Positions 10,988 through 32,588 of a stretch of DNA of 32,588 nucleotides are shown in pieces. The notes below the pieces were generated by a model. That model had not been told where the DNA came from. It did not search any database and saw only the letters and a list, made by a program, of their open reading frames with translations. Each line of letters begins with the position of its first letter. Within the stretch, counting starts at the first letter, position 1. Both the position numbers and the translations under genes were made by a program. This DNA is from Catajapyx aquilonaris (lineage: Eukaryota): assembly GCA_000934665.2 (NCBI GenBank), contig JYFJ02004373.1:1-32588 (forward strand), read 5' to 3'.

Positions 10988-11805
10988 GGCAACAACATAC
11001 ACAATGCCTCTTTGTAGGGAGATCCTCTGACAGGTGGACCCATTCACCTTACAGGGGCTGCCTATAGGGAGCAGGATATAAGGGTGATAGTCATGACTAC
11101 AAGTAGGGAACGGATTTCTAGGTTTTTACCTACTTTTTATTTTATTGGCAGAACACCGGAACCAAAATATCTATCCATTTCGTAGCATGAGGACCACAAA
11201 AATTGTAGTTTTATAGAACCTAAAATAGCCTATTTTTGGCATTGGAACCTAAATGGCCTATTAGCACCTATTTCCACCTTTTTGATGCAGTCTGTAAGAT
11301 TTTCAAGCGATTTTCCACCCAAGGCATCCCTCCTGCTTCAACCTGCGAACAGTGAAGAAGCTGTAGCCATGCCGGATGAACTGGCTGTAGAAGACATTTC
11401 ACTTTTCAAGTATGATCCAGTTGCTTTTTGTGTTGTCGGAAGGTCATTTTCAGTGTATGAAGATGTATTGTTAGACAGGCGTCGCTGACTAACCAACATA
11501 AATACGGAATAACTGCTAGTTTGCTACTGTGCTGCTAAATTACATGCCCTAGAGTAGGCTGTAATATTGTATAGGAATGAAAATAATTTAGAACCTGCTT
11601 GATTTTAACTGCCTATTTTGACTGTTTTCAAGGCCTAAATGCCTACCTTTTGTGGGTTTTTTAGAACCTAAAAATCCGTTCTTTAGTCATGACTGTTGGG
11701 TTTCGTGAGATCACCTCACATCCCACTTCCTAGGCAACCATTGTAAGGTGAGCGGGTCCAACTGCCAGATCTCCCTACAAAGAGGTGTCGTATGTATGTA
11801 TTGCC
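10988..11805. mobile_element. Inverted-repeat element (MITE-like) hosting the hAT remnant
   Basis: Arms at about 10988-11070 (ctctttgtagggagatc...tggacccattcaccttaca) and about 11720-11805 (tgtaaggtgagcgggtcca...gatctccctacaaagag). Confidence 0.6.
11098..11685 (+). mobile_element. Internally deleted hAT-like DNA transposon
   Basis: TIR TAGGGAACGGATTTCTAGG / CCTAAAAATCCGTTCTTTA with an 8-bp TSD GTCATGAC (11090-11097 and 11686-11693). The internal ORF remnant LFKYDPVAFCVVGRSFSVYEDVLLDRRR resembles the hAT C-terminal dimerisation motif (FKYAPxTSxxVERSFSxYKxxLxDxR). Confidence 0.75.
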
Positions 11806-11811
11806 ATATAT

Positions 11812-12180
11812 ATACATAAAAAATATAAAAAAACATTACCCCGTGATAAGGCGGAGCCTTTTTAGGGGGGGTGGCACACCACCATCAGTTTTTTAGTAAC
11901 TGTGTACTATTTTTCTTCTCTCACCGGTACAAGGAGACAGGGAAATGGGTAAGGATGGGGATTTTTGAGGAGGGAACATGTGGTGCAAGTGCAAGGTCTG
12001 TTAAGGGGTCATGTGCTGTTCCCCAGGAGGTTAGGTTGCCAGACATCTCCAAGGTGCAGGTCAGAGACCCTCCTGACGCAGGTGAAAGGAAAGTTCCCCA
12101 GGCGGGGATCGAACCTGGGGCCTTTCACTCAGCAAGCCGAGACGTTACCATCTCGGCCATCTACACCTCCCCTATGTAAA
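11812..12180 (-). mobile_element. tRNA-derived SINE, family B
   Basis: Minus-strand TGGCCGAGATGG (A box) and GGTTCGATCCC (B box), with a 12-bp TSD ATTGCCATATAT at 11800-11811 and 12181-12192. Confidence 0.8.
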
Positions 12181-12773
12181 ATTGCCATATATGTATCAAG
12201 GAGTCGGGGATTTAATATTGCTTGTCAGGGTCGTGAAACTCAGAGCGGCTAGTGCGAATTGAAAGTGGTAGGTAGCGCAGGAGGGCATCAGCACACATCT
12301 ATAAGCAGTCCATCCATAGGGTTGACCAATGCTTTAAAATAATAGTGAGGGGTAACTACAAAGCTGGACAGAGGCGTGACCGTTCCAGACATAGGAAAAG
12401 CCCTCATCAGTAGACTGATTTGCTGCTAAAAATCCACCTGCTTACATGTTGGCCATGCTGTCATTATGACTGATGACATCATAAGTAATGACAGCAAGGG
12501 AGACTGTAGTTAAGTAGAGTGGTTTCTCATACAACCCTATTGCAAAAGTTTGGGCTCCCTGCAATTTCCATTGAAGGGTGATAAAAAATTGAGCATAAAA
12601 GGAGTAAGAATGAAGCTGGAGTGGCGCATTTTACGAAAATAGTAAATGGAACAACATAGAGTCGAATATATTTTTATTTAAAATTTTTATCCTTTGAGAA
12701 ATACCCAATAACTTTCGCAGACTGTTTCACAAGGCTCAGCGTGGACCCTTCAAAACAGTTGGTACAGGTCAAT

Positions 12774-13865
12774 TTAAAACCGTGTTGCGTCACCCTTCGC
12801 AGTAATAACTGCTTCAATTGCGGGCAGGCATGGACGCCAGCAGCTCTGCACACATTTCAGGGGAAATACTGTCCCAAGCCTCTGTGATACATCTTCTTAA
12901 TGACTCCATGTTTCGTGGACAGAGGTGCCTCAGTCTTTTCTTCATAATCCGCCATACACTTTCCATCGAGTTTAAATCGGGGCTGTTGGGTGGCCAGTTC
13001 GGCAGTACAGGAATTTCGTGCTGCTCCAGCCACCGTTTCGTGGTTTTTGCTGTGTGGCAGGATGCTCCATCTTGCTGAAAGATGTACTCTCCTTCTGGAT
13101 GCAGTGTAGAGATTGAAGGGAGAAGCTTCTCCTCCAAAATGGCTTGGTACGCCAAAGCATTGATGGTCCCCGACACGAAGTGGAGTTTTCCTGGACCTCG
13201 GTTCCCAATACACCCCCAAATCATCAAGCTGGCAGGGAACTTGACCGCTCGGGCCAAGCAGTCAGGATGAAATTCTTCACCATGCTTGCGAATAACTCAC
13301 ATTCGGGTTTCACCGACAGACAGCTCGAACTTTGACTCATAGCTGAACATCACACTGTCCCATTGACTCTGGACCCAGTTTCGACGCTCCAGAGCCAACA
13401 CCAACCGTTTTTTTCTTCTGAACTGGCGTCAAGAATGGTGTCTTCTTAGCCTTTGATTGCAAGAAAATGAGGGTTTACAACAAGCACAAAACACGGCCAA
13501 TTTTACGTACCTTTCCGAAATCGTAATCCAGCGTAAGGATCCGGCGAATGCACGTCAACTTTGATGCCGACTTTCCAGTTCTTGCTGACCACTCACTGTT
13601 CACTTCTGCTGCTGTCATGCGCCTGTTTCTCAGGATCACCCTACGCATTCTGCATAGGTCTTCAGCTGTGGTCTTGCTGGGGAGCCCTGATCGGGGTTTT
13701 GATTTGCTGGACCACGTCTTTTTGTAATGACGAATGACGTTACCAACTGTTGACCTAGCCAGGTACAGATTTCTGGCTATCACATGGCCCAGGGTTCCTT
13801 TTTTGTGCGCCTCAATAATATTTTGTCTCAAGCAAGTCTTGGTGTACCTCCTTCCCCTGCCCCAA
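12774..13865 (-). pseudogene. Minos-like transposase pseudogene: two exons, 60-bp intron at 13510-13451, DD35E spacing
   Basis: HTH exon RQNIIEAHKKG...DYDFGK|gtacgt...aag|AKKTPFLTPVQKKKRL...WDSVMFSYESKF...VKFPASLMIWGCI...FQQDGASCH...WPPNSPDLNSME...KGDATRF*. The start codon reads TTG, there are two frameshifts and one internal stop, and the first catalytic Asp reads Tyr. Confidence 0.9.
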
Positions 13866-13906
13866 TCTGAAGACCAAGGCTTCTACTGATTAGGGGCCCC
13901 TTTATA

Positions 13907-14291
13907 CAGGGTGACCACGCTAACTTTGGCAAACATCACAGGGTGGGTGGAGGCCCCATAGGCAAGTATTTTGAGCTTCGGTACCCATGTCCGGAAATGC
14001 CCCCGTACGGAGGTACGGCCGTACGGCCGTTTCCACCTTTAGTATGTTGCGTTGTTCATCAGGTTTTGAACTTGACACTCGCAATAATTGCCAGTGTCAA
14101 GTGCAAAACCTGATGAATGCAACCTTCAAGTACGACGGGTTGCCTACCCACCAGGCGCAACATACTAAAGGTGGAAACGGCCGTACCTCCGTACGGGGCA
14201 TTTCTGGACATGGGTACCGAAGCTCAAAATACTTGCTTATGGGGCCTCTACCCACCCTGTGATGTTTGCCAAAGTTAGCGTGGGTACCCTG
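13907..14291. mobile_element. Palindromic Tc1/mariner-type MITE nested in the Minos-like element
   Basis: TA-CAGGGT...ACCCTG-TA, arms of about 140 bp, plus an internal hairpin (tcatcaggttttg...caaaacctgatga). Confidence 0.88.
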
Positions 14292-17200
14292 TATACCCAG
14301 CCACTGGACTGGTTGATGCAATATGACTTGTGAATTATGTTGCATTTCACAAACCAATGGTACATTGAGACCTGGACCAAATCTTTCGACACGCACCGTG
14401 GGGATCCTTATACTTTTGAAGCAAACTGCCAAAGTTAATGTGTAAATAGCTCCGCGGATAAAAATCCAAATTGAAATATATTCCACGCATGCCTCTCTCT
14501 ATTGTACCATGTACTATTTCTGTAAAATGCGCCACTCCAGCTTCACTCGCACTTCTTTTATGCTCGATTTTGTATCTCCCTTCAAGGGAAATTGCAGGGA
14601 CTTTTGCAATAGGGTTGTACTTCGAACTTAATTAGTTCCAGGAGGTTGTTCGAACTCTGAATCAATTTTCCCCATAATTACGGAAAGTGAATTAATCCGT
14701 TCCCAGACCCTAAACAATACCAATTTCGATCAACTTAAACAGCAAATGCAATCATTTATGGAAAAAATAACACATTGAAAGCCCCAAATAATAAATTAAA
14801 ACATGAAAACAATAAAATACAGTACTGTATAATAAAATAAAAAAATTGCAATTTTTGTGCAAGTGAGGAGTGGTGATGTCCCTTGTGGCTGGTGGAGAGG
14901 AAGAGAGAGATTACTGTTTGGAAGGTGAGTCACCTTCCATTATACTTGTACAAGTACATAACCAAACACCAAAAAATAAATTATTGCAAAAGCAGTGAAA
15001 ATACGCAAGAGTAACGTAAGAGACGACATGGGCGCACAACAGATAGAATTTATGCAGTGAGCACATTTTTCCACTGCGCGTGCAGTTCAAACTTAGAAGC
15101 ATCATTCAAACTCCGGATCAAATTTCTCTTGAATTTAGCATTCGAACTCTGAAACGTTCGAAGTTAGGGGCATTCGAAGAATGAGGTTCCACTATATATG
15201 GGTGGATGGGCAGGAGGGCCAGGGGCACAACTCTTCTTGTCCAGGTATTTTAAATGGGTTATCAGCATTTTTCAGACACACAGCCCCTTTCAGATAGTAG
15301 GGACCCATCAGACCCATATCATGTGACCCTTTAAGAAACAACTGAGTTCTAGCTTTGGGCATGAACAGTCTTCTGAAAATGCATTATGAAACTGAAATGA
15401 TACGCTTTTGATTAATAATTTCAGAAGGAATCTCTGCAATTTTTGTCTTCTCTTGACCTTCAGAAACGTTCCTTTCCTTTATTCGAGACCACAATGCCAT
15501 TTCACATGAACAACAGGAGCACTAACATGAACACAAAAAAAACGGTAACAGAGACTGTAACGGTAACAGAGACAATCAAAAACTTTTTTGTCACTGGGAT
15601 ATAATTATGTCAAATAGTGAGGTGTTTGCCCTTTTCCTACGTGCAATAATTAATTCAGCTCTACTGCCACTTTGGAGAGGGCTGCAACAATGGTGACCCT
15701 CAGAGAGAAGAAATATGCCTTCCTTTTACTTTTACATCTTACACTTGCTAGTCTGCAGCACATGTGATGGAAGGGCGCAACACATCCAGGTATTACTTCA
15801 GATTTCCCAACGAAATCTGGCTGGGACAAATGGGCATTATGTTGGCAGGTAAATATCAGTCCATTTTTCAAATGTGGCACGTACAGGGGCACCGTAAGAA
15901 AGCTGCCGCGCTTTGTGTTTTCCTCACTGCAATTAGAACCGAATGATGCAAAAATCCACACATTTGCATTTGGTTTAAATATTTTCTGAAGCATTGTAAC
16001 TTGCACCTTCATTTTCTATCTACATAATTATATTCTTATGTACATTTTGTATCTAAACTAAGGTACTTTCTTTGGCAGAAAAAGTTGTACACAGAAATCT
16101 TTGCAAAGGTTCAATTTACAAAAATGTTACACTTTTCCCCTTCGCAAACATTATTTCCATTTATGCTCCTAGCCCCATATAAATAGGAAACTTGCAGTTG
16201 AAATTCTCCCATGAATTCAAATTGCAGGCGAGAGAATAACACAACACAGCTTCGAGACATGATTTGATGATCACAAAGTACTTCTTACAAACTCAACTCA
16301 CAAGTACTTCAAGACAGAAACTAGATCAATAAATATGTGTACACTATACATGATGCTGTACAATTTGTGCTGAAGTCTGGTATCATTTGCCTCAATATTA
16401 CATGCGTACAAAAATCACGAGTGACCTGGTCGAGTATTAACTCCCCTTTGGGACCAACTTAGTTTGCGTAGCCCTAAGACAGATGCCTGATGGCAAGTGT
16501 TAGGATCAAAAATAGACTCTTAAAAAAATGTTTTTGACTATTATTAAAGCATTCAACCTGGTATGAAGTTGGGCTCCCTTCAAACTCCTGTGCGAGAAAG
16601 AAGTCACTTGAAGTGCACACTGCCATGTTGCTACAATAATCTGACGAGGTAAACGGGACCAAATGGGCAATTTTTTTGAGCTAGGCTTTTACTGGCAAAT
16701 CCACATTTGGAAACAGCAGTGCGAATATATTAGAATGCCTATGGCATAAGGCCGCATCTGCATGTGAGCACTGGTGCATCATATGCAGTTTCAAGTCTTC
16801 CCTACCTATGATAAAACTTCATTACTACAAACCTCCATGTGTTGAATGCACCATTACCAACTTTGGAAGCCAGCTCCCCAAAATAAAGTCAATTCTTGTC
16901 TCACAAAAAGACGCTTTGCTAATTTTTTCCGTATGCGATTTTTGTGCAAAAACTGATTTTCCCATAATTTTTTCCCATTGCAGTTATAGCATTTCAAATC
17001 TTCCAAACAACTGAAATGGCTAAAATGAGCAATCTTTAAGCAGTTATTAGGGATTTCTCCCCACAGGATAAATAATATTTTAAATATCTACACCAACTGC
17101 AACACAAAGAAAAAAAAATCAGTTCAAATATGGCATCCATAGCTGGCAAGTGATTGGGGAGTGCAAGCAAACCTACTGAAGCGCCAGCTGCTTAAGACTG

Positions 17201-18499
17201 GTGCTAACTAGGCAATGGTCACCTGTGAAGCATTCAGCCTAAGTCATCTCAATGGCAATTGGTTTCAAGCAAGGCTGGAATTTTCTCCTGCTTTCCGGCA
17301 ATATATTAGCATGGCTATGGCAAATACAGTCGAAGTTGCAGGCATAGCAGGTCCATATAGATTTTTACATGATACTGTGTTAGTCACGTTCAATCTCATC
17401 AACTAATTTGCACCTGGCCAAAATGGTATGTTCAATGCAAAACCCTGTGTCTCTAAACCACCTTTGCAGGAGGAAAATAAAGTGTGCCGTTTCTGTTATT
17501 TTTGCTCAATCCTGATGATACAAGGTTTTGTATTGTGTACGATAGATTCTTGGGTTTGTTGCTGGCAACTGCTTCTGAGTATGTTTAGAATGTCACTAGT
17601 AAATTCAAATGGTTCTCTAACTTGATTCTTATCCCTGAAGTTTGTCATAATGATGTTCTACTGTAGCACTCCTATGCTTATTTCTACAGTAATGCAATTG
17701 TCCTGTAAGATGTAAAAGTATATGACACACATCTTCTTCCTGTTCTACAGAATTACATGACACTTTACACTGCAGGATTGGCAGTGATCCAGTACCACCA
17801 CCTCAAAAAAGACCTGATAAAATCTAGTGCACGGTTACATTGTGAAAAATAACATGCACACTGTTAGCCTTTGGAAAGATATATAGCAAGCACATTCTCT
17901 GTTTCGAATCAGGAATTGGGTATGACCTTATCAAAAGTTCACCTTAAGCATTGTGACCTCGTCTCAGTTTCTGTTGCTCACTTTGGCGTTACATCACTCA
18001 ACAGAGAGCCACCCGACAACAAAAAAAAAAGTTATAACTTAAAACAGTATGGATCAAACCTAGCAACAAAAAAAATACATTATATGCATCATATTATGTA
18101 CACAAAGGTAGCTTGAAGTATGCTGTGCCAGTGCCTCATGATTAAAATACTAAAATGTGCAAGAGAAAAATCTTTCGACAGGCATAGAGCAGTAGCAATA
18201 ATGTCAGACAGGAAAATACAATCTTCCCCTTGCCTGTGAGTGCACTGGTCACGGAAGATAGGCACTTTCGGGAAGGGTCAAGGGCAGGAGATGGGTGAGG
18301 TGGGATAGGTGCAAGTGGAATGGAATGGTAATGCCAAGTAAGTTTGGTGGCTGATATAATTTAGTCTTGGAACAGATGTTAAGGCCTCCTGACAAAGTAA
18401 GGAAAATGAATGCTGCTTTTTATGAGTATCAAGCCACTTTTGGTCACCAAAGGTTCACTTAATCTATGGCACCACACAATCAACGGTCCTTTTCTTTCC

Positions 18500-30872
<12,373 letters not shown>

Positions 30873-31534
30873 CTGAAATTTATTTAAGGACAATTAGTGG
30901 CAGTGTCTATTTCCATTTTTCCCTGAATTCTGATGCTTACCATCTTGAAAAACCCTCTCAACATTCAGACCATAGGTAGCACAGGTTTCATAATATGAAC
31001 ACCTTTTTAAGTCTGAGGCCAACTTCCGAGCACGTGAGTCATCTATTACTCTAGGGTTATTTTCACTAATGTTATCTGAAAGTATACAAAAATCATGAGA
31101 AATAGTGGATTCGCCCTAACCTTCCCCGCTGATATTTTTGAACTTACCCTGTGTGCCTACCAAAATTACAGGTACTTCACTTAAATTCCTGTATTGCGCC
31201 ATTTTGGCATAGTTGCTGTACACTGCACTAAAGCTTGACTCATTTTCTAAACTAAAGACGAAGATGACAGCATCCACCCATGCTGTAAACTGAAATAAAA
31301 ATTCCCAGTCAATAATTTAGCAAGTTAACAATCATCAAAACAATATAGATGAATATCAGATATTGTAACCCGGTCACAAAAATCTAATGTGCTTTTTACA
31401 TACAGCATCAACAGGTAAAGAATAATTCTACCATGAAAAAACAAAAAAATCAAGGTTATCACCAAGTTTCACTAATAAGTGACACATTGGATATGCTCCA
31501 ATGACAGCTAAGGATATTCAGAGTATTCCAAGTA

Positions 31535-31775
31535 CAGGGTGTCCCACTAGCTAATTTACCTAGCATTTCTTTAATAACTTTAACACAAATCAAGATATTG
31601 CGATAAAATTTGAACTGAACTAACCATATTATGTCACAAGGGAAATGGCATCACAACATGTGCTGGAAATGGCCACAATTTGTGTCCAGGCAGGTCTGAA
31701 CACAACGCTACATATTTTGGAAGGACCTGGCCAGCATGACCCGGAGCACTGCCTGAATTTCTTGGATGATGTTTT
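31535..31775 (-). mobile_element. 3' end of a rosa/DD41D-like Tc1/mariner transposon
   Basis: TA-CAGGGTGTCC end. Minus frame 31775-31651 reads NIIQEIQAVLRVMLARSFQNM*RCVQTCLDTNCGHFQHML*, resembling the rosa-type C-terminus (...CxxxxGxHFEHLL*). Confidence 0.7.
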
Positions 31776-31916
31776 TGTTATATTCCCCTGTCGATCGTAG
31801 GAGGACAGGGAAATGGAGAGTGAAAGGAAAATACGTCTGTTCTAAATTACCACTAGTCAAAGAGTTTATTGATATTCATCGCTATGCAACATATGCAACT
31901 ATCAACATATGCAACA
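31776..31916 (-). mobile_element. 3' LTR (141 bp) of a Gypsy element
   Basis: Minus strand TGTTGCAT...ATATAACA with an internal AATAAA, preceded by a polypurine tract GGGGGAGG (31924-31917). Confidence 0.75.
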
Positions 31917-31947
31917 CCTCCCCCAGTAGAAACAAACTTATGGCAGC

Positions 31948-32588
31948 TTATGGTACATAATCTTTCAAAGCTGTGGGAAGCTGCCGGACCCTCTGCGGTC
32001 GTTGCTCCGGCCGCGGTGCAGACACGGGACTCCCTTCTGTGAACTCTGGATCCGTCTTTGGTATCCTAGGGCGCATGTGGTCCACATGCCGACGTATCTC
32101 CTGTCCGGTAGATATAACAGTACTGTAGGTCCGGGGGCCTTCAACTGCAGATACCACTCCAGGGAGCCATGACTCCTCCTCCAGCACTCTTTCCTTTGCC
32201 GCTTCGAACACCTTCTGGTGGTCCTTGGTCCAATTCCACTTCGCCTTCTCATCTAGGAGTCGATGTAATGGCTCCAACAGGGTAGCTCTATCCTTGAAGA
32301 ACGTCCCGTAAAAATTTAACAGACCCAAGAATGAGCGTAGTTCCTTCACATTTGTAGGTGAAGGTGCTGCTCTGATGGCTTCTACCTTGTCCTTGGCCTG
32401 GTGCGTCCCAGCAGCATCTATCTGGTAGCCCAGGAAACGAACAGAATCCACTCCAAAAGCACATTTCGTAGCGTTGACCTTCAGTCCAGCGTCTTGGAGG
32501 CGTTGTAGCACCTCTCTCACACGGTTGTCGTGTTCCTCTTGTGTAGCACCTTGTACCAGTATGTCGTCAAGGTAAGCAGAAACACCAG
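31948..32588 (-). mobile_element. Ty3/Gypsy (Mag-like) pol fragment, internally deleted
   Basis: AYLDDILV (YLDD at 32574-32563), then KCAFG..VRFLGY and PTNVKELRSFLGLLNFY, followed directly by an integrase C-terminal-like segment WLPGVV..GPRTY...RRHVDHMR. Confidence 0.92.

Larger units (their letters stand above)
12532..14617 (-). mobile_element. Minos-like Tc1/mariner DNA transposon, full length but defective
   Basis: TIRs of about 110 bp (CAACCCTATTGCAAAAG...CTTTTGCAATAGGGTTG), a TA TSD and an internal transposase. Confidence 0.92.
12517..15194. mobile_element. Non-autonomous pogo/Tigger-like element, split by the Minos-like insertion
   Basis: Removing 12532-14619 restores TA-GAGTGGTTTCTCATACTTCGAAC, which matches the reverse complement of the right end, TA-TAGTGGAACCTCATTCTTCGAAT. 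Confidence 0.6.

Noticed and set aside
15541..15573. 18-bp-period tandem duplication AACGGTAACAGAGAC
   Set aside because: Only two copies; an ordinary slippage event and not CRISPR-like.

Overview
Eukaryotic animal genomic DNA, probably from an arthropod judging by the CenG1A-like AGAP exons. It holds three spliced host genes reconstructed by hand from splice sites. (1) The first two coding exons of RPS27 lie on the minus strand and continue off the left edge. (2) A complete 9-exon HAT1 gene of about 398 aa lies on the plus strand, head-to-head with RPS27. (3) The last 11 exons of an AGAP/centaurin-gamma gene lie on the minus strand (split PH, ArfGAP, ankyrin), with the 5' part off the right edge. 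Introns and intergenic DNA are packed with decayed mobile elements: palindromic MITEs, tRNA-derived SINEs with target-site duplications (TSDs), a hAT remnant, a rosa-like mariner remnant interrupted by an internally deleted Gypsy element, and a three-level nest. In that nest a Tigger-like element contains a Minos-like DD35E transposon with a 60-bp intron, and a MITE sits in that transposon's TATA box. I did not find a convincing new multi-gene system. The best leads are transposon-level oddities and a recurrent stem-loop that may be a structured RNA in RPS27 intron 1. Family assignments come from remembered motifs, not database searches.
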